Below, piece after piece: positions 28,101 through 41,100 of a stretch of 64,000 nucleotides of DNA. Both the position numbers and the translations under genes were made by a program. The notes under the pieces were generated by a model. That model had not been told where the DNA came from and did not search any database. It saw only the letters and a list, made by a program, of their open reading frames with translations. The stretch's first letter is position 1, and each line of letters begins with the position of its first letter. Source of the DNA: Chiloscyllium plagiosum (lineage: Eukaryota); the NCBI RefSeq assembly GCF_004010195.1, contig NC_057720.1, positions 10,963,181 to 11,027,180 on the forward strand, in the 5' to 3' direction.

Positions 28101-31100
28101 NNNNNNNNNNNNNNNNNNNNNNNNNNNNNNNNNNNNNNNNNNNNNNNNNNNNNNNNNNNNNNNNNNNNNNNNNNNNNNNNNNNNNNNNNNNNNNNNNNNN
28201 NNNNNNNTGCCTGTATTCCTGATGAAGGGCTTTTGCCCGAAACGTTGATTTTACTGCTCCTCGGATGCTGCCTGAACTGCTGTGCTTTTCCTGCACCATT
28301 AATCCAGCATCTGCAGTCATTGTTTTCACCTAATTTTTGCTATAGATTTTGTCTCGGGAATCACCATCTTTTCACTGAGAATTGATTTAAGGCCCCAGCA
28401 GATTGCTTACGCTATGTCCTATACCCCCATCCCCTGCAGTTCACCTGGGGTTGGAGAGAGAAAAGCCAGCCCCTAGTCATCTCAATCTTCTGACATTAAT
28501 CTGGTGGCAATTCCAGTCTGGAAGCCTTCAAAGCCTTTTCTGCCAAAGTCGTGTTGGTTAGGCTGAGTACATCTCAGCATTGTGTCTTAAGGGACATTCA
28601 TTTTCATCCATACACCAGTTTGGTCAGGGAAGTAAAAAAAAAACACAGAACAGGGTCAACAACACAATTTTTACGAACTGAACAAAAACGTTTTCACCCA
28701 GGGTCACTAAAATACATTAGTTCCCTCTCTGAGATTAATGTCTTAAAACCATGTCTAATTCTGATTGCCCTGTTGTCGGAAGGATATTATCGAATTGGAG
28801 AGGGTTCAGAAGGGATTTACCAGGATGTTACCAGAAATGTAAGGCTTTAGTTATAGGGCTGAAAATGTGTTGCTGGAAAAGCGCAGCAGGTCAGGCAGCA
28901 TCCAGGGAACAGGAGAATCGACGTTTCGGGCATAAGCCCTTCTTCAGGAATGGAGCAGTTGGATAGACTGGGACTTGTTTCACTGGAGCGTAGGAGGCTG
29001 AGGTGTGACCTTATAGAGGTTTGTAATCATGGGGGGCATCAATAAGGTAAATGACAGGTGTCTTTTCCTTGGGGTGTGGGATTTCAAGACTAGAGAACAT
29101 ATTTTTAAGGTGAGAGGAGAAAGATTTTAAAACGATATGAAAGTTTCTTTGCACACAGAGGGTAATTCGTGTGTGTAATGTACTTTCCAGAGGAAGTGGT
29201 GGATGCAGGTTAAGTTACAATGTTCAAAAGCACAGGCAAGTGGGACTAGTTTAGTTTGGGATTATGGTCAGATTATGATCCAAATGAGAGAGTNNNNNNN
29301 NNNNNNNNNNNNNNNNNNNNNNNNNNNNNNNNNNNNNNNNNNNNNNNNNNNNNNNNNNNNNNNNNNNNNNNNNNNNNNNNNNNNNNNNNNNNNNNNNNNN
29401 NNNNNNNNNNNNNNNNNNNNNNNNNNNNNNNNNNNNNNNNNNNNNNNNNNNNNNNNNNNNNNNNNNNNNNNNNNNNNNNNNNNNNNNNNNNNNNNNNNNN
29501 NNNNNNNNNNNNNNNNNNNNNNNNNNNNNNNNNNNNNNNNNNNNNNNNNNNNNNNNNNNNNNNNNNNNNNNNNNNNNNNNNNNNNNNNNNNNNNNNNNNN
29601 NNNNNNNNNNNNNNNNNNNNNNNNNNNNNNNNNNNNNNNNNNNNNNNNNNNNNNNNNNNNNNNNNNNNNNNNNNNNNNNNNNNNNNNNNNNNNNNNNNNN
29701 NNNNNNNNNNNNNNNNNNNNNNNNNNNNNNNNNNNNNNNNNNNNNNNNNNNNNNNNNNNNNNNNNNNNNNNNNNNNNNNNNNNNNNNNNNNNNTTCATGA
29801 TCATTGTTAAAGTCTTCATTCCAGATTTTCAAAACAAAATTAATTCCATCATCTGCTGTGGCAGGATTCAAACCCAGGACATTACCCCAGGTCTCTGAAG
29901 TAAGAGTCCAGCGATAATACCACTTAGCCATCACTTTCTCAATTGAGGAATTCAATATGATATCCTATGAATGCGGCACGGTGGCACAGTGGTTAGCACT
30001 GCTGCCTCACAGCGCCAGAGACCCGGGTTCAGTTCCCGCCTCAGGTGACTGACTGTGTGGAGTTTGCACGTTCTCCCCGTGTCTGCGTGAGTTTCCTCCG
30101 GGTGCTCCGGTTTCCTCCCACAGTCCAAAGATGTGCAGGTTAGATGAATTGCCCGTAGTGTTAGGTGAAGGGGTAAATGTAAGGGAATGGGTCTGGGTGG
30201 GTTGCACTTTGGGAGGTCGGTATGGACTTGTTGGGCCAAAGGGCCTGTTTCCACACTGTAAGTAATCTAAACAAGGTGCAGGGTTATGGGGAACAGGCAT
30301 GAGAACAGCAAAGGTCATGCAAAGCGTTCAGAGAGCTGGTGCTAACTCGATGGGCTGAATGGCCTCCTTCTGTACTGTACTCTCCACAGATGCTGAGTGA
30401 CTGTAAGTTTTGGAATGTGTTTGATTCCCGTCTCATTTACCCAGTTCAATAGAAAAAGCATCACAAAGGGGTAGAAGGTCCCAGGGAAATACGGTCCACG
30501 AATATGGAGCTTTTCAGGAGAGTTTGGAACTACATTCTGTGAGGTGTGACGCCCCACCTGAATTCTGGACCGCTTTTCGAAATGCATGGTCAGGGAAAGC
30601 AAAAAGAGAGCAGTGTAACCGCCAAGCCCGAGTGAGTCACATCACCCTCAAGTGGAATGAAAGAGAAACAATTTCAAAACAAGGGGGTGGGAATTCCTTC
30701 ACTGAAGGAAGGAGAATGATTTGGCGTTTAGGGATGAAAGCCAGGAGAGAGCATGGAGATCCATTTCTGGCTTTGATCTCATGTTCACCTGCAGCAGTGA
30801 CAAGGGCCAAGAACCCATCCTGTATAGACAAACTAACAGAGGAGGCCAGGTATAAATATCAGTTTTCATTAAAGTGTTGACAAAATTAACTTGGTCACTG
30901 AAAACAAAAAAACTGCTGGAGATCACAGCAGGTCAGGCAGCATCCATGGAGAGAGAGAGAGAGAGCAAGCTAACATTTCGAGTCTAGATGGCTCTGATGA
31001 AAAGTCATTTAGATTCAAAAAGTTAGCTTCCTGTCGGCCCTGGATGCTTCCTGGCCTGCTATGATCTCTAGCATTCTTTGTTTTCAGTACAGATTCCAGC

Positions 31101-34100
31101 ATCCACAGTATTTTGCTCCTAAGTTGATAGTCTCTTGGTAGCGAAGAAGTTGACTTTTGCTTAAAAATGAGACATGATGTAGAATCTTTTCATTTTGTAC
31201 ACACCAGGATAGATTCAAGAATCCCAAAATTTGAAGGAAGTCAACATTCGTACTGCATGAGATGGAGTTGCTGAATGGTAGATGGTATCAACTAGCATAT
31301 CCCTTTAGCTGTTTGCAACAGGATGTACTCAACTGACTATACTCAACTAGCCTGTGCTTGCAAAACTTTAAAAAGGTGTCCAACTCTAAGTGTGATACGT
31401 GATTGGGCAATACTTACTTAACAATCCCAACTTTGCCAAGAATTGAACGATCAACCAATTTAAAATTATCACTTGGGCTCCCAATGTGACTGACTTGCAT
31501 CTGCCAGAAACTATATATATTCATAGTCTGGGCCCAGTCCTTTGCAGTTGAAAGAAATTTGCCCTGGCTTTGCTCTGTTCAGTTAAATAAAGCTTAAGGG
31601 GACACTGTGCCCTGATGCATTTCCCAAGGCGTGCACATGACCAGTTAGTGTTGACTTGCATTCTGATTTTAATCTAATACAACCTTTGAGGTAATGGTGC
31701 ATTTGGAATGGCAATGGCTTGACCATTCGGTGTTCCTTCCAACCCCAATTTCTGATATGAAGTATAAATCTCAGTATAAATTGTTGTTCCCTTTGAACGT
31801 TTGTATACTTGCTTTGGCCCTGAACCCAAGAATGAAATGTTTCAACAGAATGTATCTCATAGCTCCAAAACTTGAAATATATTTTGGATAAACAGGAAAC
31901 TACATTGAAGATCATTGAATTTAGCATCTATTCCATGAGTGAAGAAGGTCTATACAATGTAGTTTCTGATTTATTCATTGGGGAGATAATTTTATTCCCC
32001 ACCTCCCCTTAGTAAATAAGTCAATGTTGCCATATTTACTAAATCATGTATAACATGAGATTAAGCCTGATATTGTCCAGCTCAAAGGTTGCTTAGTGAC
32101 AGCTGAATAACTGCTTAACTCTACTGGCCATACGTTGTATGATAGGAGAAGCAATGTACTGTTGTTTACAGGCCTTGGTAACAGCTGTGGAAGAAGATGC
32201 ATCAGTAATATCAGCAGACCTTGACCAGCTCAAAGCCAAAGCTGAACAGCAGAAGGACATTGATATGCTTTATGAAACACAGGTAACGAAAATTTACACA
32301 GCTGAAAATAGCAGCATGTTTGAACACAACCCAGACTCTAAACCAGAAATAAATTTGGAGATTTACAATTTCTGAACTCCACAAAGATGCGTACTTAGCT
32401 TAAAAGAAGAGAGACATAGTCATTGCAGGTCAGTCATCTCAGCCTCAAGGTAACTCTACAGGAGCTCCTAAGGTCAGTGTCCCAGGCCCAACCATCTTCA
32501 GCTGCTTCATCAATGATTTTCTTTCTATCGTAAGGTCAGAAGTCGAGGTGTTCACTGCTGATTGGTGCTGAACATTTTGCATTCATGTCGACTCAGATAT
32601 TGAAGCAGTCCATTCCCATATGCATCAAGGCCTTGGAATCATAAGTGGCTAGTAACATTCATGATACACAAGGTGATGACCATCTCCAGCAAGAGAGAAT
32701 CTAATCATTTCCCTTTGGTGTTGCATGGCATTACCATCACTGAATTCTCCACTGCCAACATCCTGGAGGTTATCATTGTCCAGAAACTCAACTGGACTCA
32801 CCACATAAACACAATGGCCACAAAAACAGATCAGAGGCTAGAAATACTGCAGCAAGTAACTCACCTTCTGACTTCCCAGAGTCTGTCCATCATCTTTGAG
32901 GCACACATGGGGAATGCTCCTCACTTGCTTGGATTGGTGCAGCTTCAACAGTATTCAAGAAGCTTGACACCATCCAGGACAAAGCAGCCCACTTAGTTGG
33001 TACTACACAAGCAGCCACTCCCTGCACCACTAATGCTCAGTGGCAGCAGTGTGCACTATCTCCAAGATTCACTGCAGAAATTGACCTAAGATCCTCAGAC
33101 CGCATCTTCCAAACTCACAACAATTTCCATCTAGAAGGACAAGGGCAGCAGATATATAGGAACATTACCACCTGCAATTTCCCCATCAAGCCACTCACCA
33201 ACCTGATTTGAAAATATATAGCCGTTTCTTCACTGTTGCTTGGTCAAAATCCTGGAATTCCCTCCCTAAGGCATTGTGGGCCAACCCATAACAGGTGGAC
33301 TGCAGCGGTTCAAGAAGGCAGCTCACCCCCACCTTCTCAAGGGACAACTAGAGACGGGCCATAAATGCTGACCCAGTCAGTGACACCCACATCCCACAAG
33401 TGAATTTTAAAAAGTTGTAACATGACTTGCCAACTTTCATGTTCAATGCCCTGACTAATGAAGGCAAGTTGTATGCCTCCTTTGCCACCTTATTCAATTG
33501 TATTGCCATTTTCACCGAGCTATGGACTTGGACCCCAATATCGCACTGTGTATCAATGCTCCTAACTAGCAGTTAGCTACCTGACACTTGACTCCTCATC
33601 CTTTATCGGAAGTTTAATCAGTCACTGACCATATCCAAGCCTTTAGATGGGTCTTGAAGGCTGCCCTTGATTTCTGTTTTGAGAACTCCAGCCACAAGTT
33701 ATTCCCCTTGACTTGACTGGGGACTGATGATAACCATGACAAGCTCCTTTTTCTGTCTGCACTGAAAGGGCAGGCAATACTGCAGCACCACGAGCTTGGT
33801 ACCACTGTCTGACGGGTCAAAATGCAGAAAGATAAGACAATGCAGTGATACTGTGAGCACCAAAATAAGCTCAGTGTGAGGAAGTGCTGTAATAGCAAGT
33901 GAACAGACTGGAGATGAGCCTGGCCCAGTCCATGAGGTACGGGTGTGGCCCTGAATACACAGTATCCTTGCAGCAGCACGTGTCAATGTTGCTATCTGGG
34001 TAGGGAGACTGCTTGTGACCATTGTCTGTGGAGTGTGCCCTGAGATGTTGCTGCCTATCTCCCATGTCCTTTGGAGCAAGCAGCGAGTTGAGGTCACCAG

Positions 34101-35143
34101 GTACCCCCGCCTCTGACTTCCATATCGGGAATTCTCAGCTTCTTTGGTAAGATAGGAAGCTTAATATTAATGAGGTGAGTGGTGTTGTTAATAAGGCATT
34201 TAAAAAGCTATAAACCCCCTTAAGTGGTAATTCAATGCTGTCAAGGGAAAAATTCACCTCTTGGCAAATGTATAAACAGTTGAGCAAATTGCTCCCAACT
34301 TCGAGATAGCCCTCGCTGGAATTCTCGCAAGGTTGTGATAAAACATCCTGCCACAGTGGCACAGTGGTTAGCACTGCTGCCTCACAGCGCCAGAGACCCG
34401 GGTTCAATTCCCGACTCAGGCGACTAACTGTGTGGATTGCACATTCTCNNNNNNNNNNNNNNNNNNNNNNNNNNNNGGGGTATGGGTGGGTTGCGCTTCG
34501 GCGGGTCGGTGTGGACTTGTTGGGCCGAAGGGCCTGTTTCCACACTGTAAGTAATCTAATCTAATCTAAAAACCCACATCATCCAGGCCCCTCTAAGATT
34601 CTGCCTGAGGATTCTGTTCTGAAAACCAATTGAAAATTGAAGGTTGCTTTTAGCTTTTCTCCCCTGTTAAGATCTGTGAGGGGTTACCCTGGATCTGTTC
34701 ATAATAAAGTCAGAAAAATGCTCCTTCCGATGAGGTGAAAATCTTTAAGGAGCGGGGAGAAAAGATTGCCAAAGGTTGTTTGATTTTCAGTCCAGCCTCT
34801 TTGAGGTATGAATCTATAACTGCAGCAAATCTGAATGGATTGTCTAATTGCATTCAAATGATAATAATGTTGGATGTAATCCAGAATGAGCATCTCATTC
34901 TCCTTTGAAAGAGCTGTGTTTTGTGCCATTAGTTCGATGCTTTATGGAGAAAACTCCTCTTACATTAGACCGTTGTTGCATTTGGAAGGGATGTACTCGA
35001 TATGCCACTGTGTGGCACCAAATGTGCACATTTTTGTGGTTTCTTTTCAGCTTACATTTGACTGGAATATAATGTGCAATTAGTTAAAGAGAAACAAGGC
35101 AAAATTGCTATAGTCCTACTGGATAATAGGGCTGCCCACTCAT

Positions 35144-35175
<32 letters not shown>

Positions 35176-38100
35176 ACTGGTGGTGGTTTCGCCCAAGGAT
35201 CACCATGCCTCAGGTGAGGGGAGAGGTTGAGAAGGAGAATCTCTCACTGTAACCTCAGTCAATGTGGGAATTGAACTCATGCTGTTGGCATCATTCTGCC
35301 TTGCAAACCAGCCGTCCAACCAACTGAGCTAATCCCAATTCAAGAAAATCATTACATGATGAGAAAGAATGATTAGATGATCCTGAGAAAACATCTTCCA
35401 AACCCACGGCCACTTCCACTCAAGAACAGCAGCAGTAGATACATGGGAACACCACTATCTGCATGTTCGCCTCCAAGTCACTCACCATCCTGACTTGGAA
35501 ATGTGTTGCTGTCACTGGGTCAAAACCTTGAAATTCTGTCCCAAGCGACATTATGAGGTACCTACAGCACGTGGACTGCAGCGGTTCAAGAAGACTCATC
35601 ACCCCCTCAAGGTCAACTAGGGAATGGCGTAATATATTAATTTGCCACATATGGATAATAAGGTCAGCACATTATGTTATGTTAATTGTGTACTATGGTA
35701 ACCCCTTTCACCTAATTTGCTCGAAACTGTAATATAAGAGAAGTGTATTGTTCGAAAGTTGGGGTTATTACTCTATATTCTTACAGTGAAGAGACCACTG
35801 AAACAGAATTACCGTTCCTAACAATAAGTCCAGTGTTCCAATATTCTGATCACAGTTGATGTTACTCTTGGATAAATCAGATCCCCAATTGGAATCTAGC
35901 TTGAGAGATTTTTTTGTATTTAACATTGTGATCTTTTAGTAACACAAGCATTGATGCAGGAGATTTGGTTTCAACAATGAAACAGACTTTTATCACACAA
36001 TGGAACAAACCAAACTATTTATGTTTAATACAATTTGAAAGATTTCAAAACACGTGTTAAAATAAAATCCTATCTATTACCAAAAGCATCGCATTACAGT
36101 ACTCCAACAGTCATACAGTTCAGAAACAGATTCTTCGGTCCAACTCATTCATGCTGACCAAATTTCCCAAGCTAAACTAGTCCCATTTGCCTGCATTTGA
36201 CCATTATCCCTCTAAACCTTTCCTATTCATGTGGAGAAAACATATGAGTTCCCTTCTTTATCACATCTGTGGGATCAACTTAGTTGTTTCTTTCAATTCC
36301 TGGCCTTGAGAGTTTAATTGCCTTCAAGTTTCTTAACTTCAAATAACCCCTATAGCTCCAGTCAAACACTTCTGGTCTGGAATTTCAAACCAAAATCCTT
36401 GGACTGAGGTAGCTTGTTTCCTCACCGTTCTTAACTAACTTCTTCCCTCAGGAGACACTGTTATTTTACATTTCATCCCCACCAGGTCTTCTGCAAACTG
36501 GAACAAAAGTGTTCCAACCTCTGGGTTTTGCCTAAGCAAGGATCTTCTAAACTGAAAGCAGACTAATGCCTCTCTACCTTTGTATTTTTAGATTGTATAA
36601 TACCCACAAATCAAACAAATTTGCATTATCACTCCAGTAGGGCCCTACTCGGTTGCTGTCTAACCATTGAGTAAAATCATTGTTCCAGAAATACTGACAA
36701 GTTAATTTTTAAACCTTTTCAGGCATGCAGACCAAAACCCAAATTCCACTAGTTCAAAATCCAAACACTAAAATGATATTGCTGTACCTTTCATCACAAC
36801 AGATGACAACTGACGAGTTGAATTCACTCTTGGTGAGATGAAAGGAAAAAAATAACCTGATAAGTAATATTAGTGACAGAGAGATACAGAAGCTGTATAG
36901 ATCAGCTATGTTTTCTGTGCTATTAGCAAATTGAGTTTATTATAGATAAATGTAAGGTCTTGCATTTTCGAAAGTCAAATCAAGCCAAGAGTTTTATGGT
37001 GAATGGTAGGGCCTTAAGGGGTGTAATGGAACAGAGAGACCTTGGAGTTCAGGCACACGTTTCTCTGAAAGTGGAGTCACAGATAGGCAAGGTAGTGAAG
37101 AAGGTTTTTGGCACACTGACCTCCATCAGTCAGGGCATTGAATATAGAAGTTGAGAAATTATGTTGCAGTTGTACAGGACGTTGGTGAGGCCACACTTGG
37201 AGTATTGCATTCAGTTTTGGTCATCTTGCTGGAGGAAGGATGTTATTAAACTGGAAAGAGTGCAGAAGAAATTTACAAGGATGTTTGCTAGGACTCAATA
37301 GTCTAAGTTATACGGAAAGGTTGGACAAGCTAGAACTTTTTCTTCAGACCATAGGAGACAGTGGGGGGAATCTTATTGAAGTATATAAGATCAAGAGAGA
37401 CATGTTTAAGGTGAATGCATTCAGTCTTTTTCCCAGGGTTGGAGAATCAAGGACTAGAGGGCATAAGTTTAAGGTTTGAGGGAGCAAAAGGGAACCTGAG
37501 GGACAACTTTTTTACACAGAGAGTAATACGCATGTGGAATGAGCTGCCAGCAGAAGTGGTTGAGGTGGGTACATTAACAACATTTAAAAGACATTTGGAC
37601 AAATACATGGATAGGAAAGGATTAGAAGGATATGGGCCAAGTGCAGGGAAATAGCGTTAGCATGGTTGAATATTTTGGTCGGCATGGACCAGTTTGAGCC
37701 AAAGGGCCTGGCTCCAGGCTGTAGGACCCGATGACTCTAATTAATGTAATTTTTAATTTAGTAAGGAAGACATTGTATTTGGGTACCTCCCCTTAAAATT
37801 AGTTTACTAAAAATACAAGAGCCTTCTTCTGAATGTTACTTTATGATCCAAAATATATTGTACTGAGTGATATAGTAAATCAGTACAATGGACAACAAAA
37901 CAACTTGCATGGATTTCACTCAGGTTTTTATGACCTCAGAGGCAAAGTACAGTGGATGCTGCAGATGTGAAACTAAAAGCAACAGAAAGAGTTGGAGAAA
38001 CTCAACAGGTATGGCAGCATCTGTGGAGAGAGAAAAACAGAGTTTTGGGTTCCAAAGAAGAATCAGATTTGATTGAAACATTAATTGTTTCTTTCTCCAT

Positions 38101-41100
38101 AGATGCTGCTAGATCTGCTGAGTTTCTCCAGCACTGTGACCTACCTGAAAATGGTTTTAATGCAATTTTTTTAAAAATTGTTCATGGGTTGTGGGCAGTA
38201 GTGGCTTGATCAGCATTTATTGCTTATCCTTAATAGCCCTCAAAATGGGTGTGGTGTGTGCTATTTGTATTACTGCAGTCCTTGGCTATAGTCACATCTA
38301 TGGCATTGGTAGGAAGGAAGTTCATTGATCTCCACCCAGTAATAGGGAAGGAATGGTAGTAGACTTCTAAGTCAGGATTATTGGGATTCTGAGGGGAATT
38401 TCTGGGTGGTGATATTTCTGTGCCTTTGCTTCCTTTGGTGTTCAAGGTGTATAAGTGGAGGGTTTAGAAGGTGCTGTCAGAACATACTTGGTGAGTTACT
38501 GTTGTGGGTCTTGTCGATAGTATACCACTTCTGTCAGCAGTGAAGTGAGAAATGTAGAAGGTGGTGGATGAAGTGCAAATCAAATGGATTGCTTAATGCA
38601 ATGATGTGGAGGAGACGGTGTTGGACTGGGGTGGACAAAGTTAAAAATCGCACAACACCAGGTTATAGTCCAGCAGGTTTACTTGGAAGCACTAGTTTTC
38701 GGAGCGACGCTCCTTCATCAGCTGATGCACCACCTGATGAAGGAGCAATGCTCCAAAAACTAGTGCTTCCAGATAAACCTGCTAGACTATTACCTGGTGA
38801 TGTGTGATTTTTAACTTTGGCCTGGATGGCGTCACAATTCTTGAATGCTGTGAGAGTTGCACCCATCCAGATATGTGGAAGATATTCTATCACACTCCTG
38901 ACTTGTGTCTCGTAGATAGCAGTCAAGTTTTGCAGACACAGGAGATGAGTTACTCACTGTAGAGTTCTTAGCTTCTGGCCTGCCCCTGTAACTATTCTAT
39001 GATTACTCCTGAATGATTTCTAAGAACAAAGAAAATCTACAGCCCAGGAACAGACCCTTTGTCCCTCCTGAGCTGATCCAAATATACTGTCTAAACCTGT
39101 CGGTCAATTCCTAAGCATTTGTATCCCTCTGCTCCCCACCTACTCATACATCTGTCCAGACACATCTTAAATTAATCTACCAAGCCTGCCTCTACCACCT
39201 CTGCTGGCAACGCGTTCCAAACGCCCACCACCCTCTGTGTGTATCCCCCTTAATGTTTCCACCTCTCACCTTGATAGCGTGACCTCTCATTATTGAATCC
39301 TTCACCCTGGGAAAAAGCTTGTCTCTATCCACCCTGTCTATACCCTTCATGATTTTGTAAATCTCAATCAGGTCCCCCCTCAATCTCCTTTTTTCTTCCC
39401 AAGGTTCTTCCATTTATTGTATAATTTGTTCTATAATTAGACTTGCCTAAATGCATCACCTCATATTTGTCTAGATTGAAAGCCATCTGTCACTTTTCCA
39501 CCCAACTCTCTAGTCTATCTATATCATCCTGTATTCTCCTGCTTTCTGCTACTCCACCAATCTTTGTGTCATCTGCAAACTTGCTGATCATACCAACAGT
39601 GCTCTCTTCTAGATCATTTAGTGGAGCACCACTGGTCACCTTTCTCCATTTCAAGAAACTCCCTTCAACTACTACTACTCTCTCTCCTGTTGCTCAACCA
39701 GTTCTTTATCCACCTAGCTAGAACACCCTGCACACCACGTGACTTCACTTTCTCCATTAGTTTACCATGGGAACCTTATCAAACACCTTATTAAAGTCCA
39801 TGTATATGACAACAACAGCCCTTCCTTCATCTAACAACTTGGTCACTCCCTCGAAGAACTCTATCAAGTTGGTAAAGCACGAACTCCCCTGCAAAAAAAC
39901 CATGTTACCTATCACTGATAAGCTCATTCTTTTCTAAATATAAATAGATCCTCTCTCTCAGTACCTTCTCCAGCAACTTCCCCACCACCGACGTCAGGCT
40001 TACTGGTCTGTAGTTACCCGGAATATCCCTATTACCCTTCTTGTATGGGGGGACAACATGAGCAATCTTCCAGTCCTCCGGCACCTCACCTGTATTTAAG
40101 AATGCCACAAAGATATCTGTCAGGACCCCAGCAATTTCCTCTCTCACCTCCCTCAGCAACCTGGGATAGATCCCATCCTGTCCTGGGGATTTGTCCACCT
40201 TAATAACCTCCAGCCTACCCAACACATCTTCCCGACTTATGCCAACATGATCCAGACTAAGCAAACTTCTATCTCTAATCTCAAGATTCATCATGTTCCT
40301 CTCCTTGGTGAACACTGATTAGATTACATTACATTACATTACAGTGTGGAAACAGGCCCTTCGGCCCAACAAGTCCACACCGCCCCGCCGAAGCGCAACC
40401 CAGCCATACCCCTAACCTAACACTACGGGCAATTTCCCATGACCAATCCACCTGACCTGCACATCTTTGGACTGTGGGAGGAAACCGGAGCACCCGGAGG
40501 AAACCCACGCTGACACGGGGAGAATGTGCAAACTCCACACAGACAGTCGCCTGAGGCGGGAAATGAACCCGGGTCTCTGGCGCTGTGAGCCAGCAAACTG
40601 ATGTAATGGTAAGCCCTGGATTTTGATAGTGAGGGAATCAGTGATGATAATGCCATTGAATGTCAAAGGGCAGTGGTCAGACTTTCTCTTGTTGAAGATT
40701 GGCATTGCCTGGCGTTAGTTTACCAAAGTTACTTGCTACTTATTTGCCCAAGCTTGGATGCTGTTGCTACTTACAAACTGCATCACTATCTGAGCAGAGG
40801 CAAACAGTGTTGAAAATGCTCAGTCATCAGTGAACATCCCCTCTTCTGACCTTATGAAAGGCTGGTGGAACAATATCTGATAGTTTCAAAGTGGAATTCA
40901 ATATCTACTTAAAAATAAAACATTTGCAGGGCTATGGGGACAGAGCTGAAGAGTGTGATTAATTGTTGCCCCTTTGTTGATTTGTGCAGAAAGCAGAATT
41001 TACTTTCATTAAGGTTTGTGAACTTTGTGTTACAAAGTCAGTAAATTAATGGAGTTAAGTTGCTCTCCATTTAATATGACAAATTCTCAACACCTTTTTC

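Larger units (their letters stand above)
38180..40860 (-). mobile_element. Old CR1-clade LINE interrupted by a family B hairpin (38600-38818), a CR1 (39020-40316) and HE1 (40318-40590)
   Basis: 38180-38995 and 40590-40860 are collinear reverse complements of the 32425-33410 family. Confidence 0.65.

Noticed and set aside
29973..30045. tRNA genes at HE1 5' ends
   Set aside because: tRNA-derived SINE heads continuing into the HE1 body.
31208..32087. Possible remnants of the missing exon (31208 onward; NMRLSL...K|gt near 32052-32087)
   Set aside because: Needs several arbitrary frameshifts; not distinguishable from noise by eye.
34699..34929. Minus-strand ORF MAQNTALSKENEMLIL resembling coiled coil
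   Set aside because: Wrong strand, upstream in-frame stop, no splice context.
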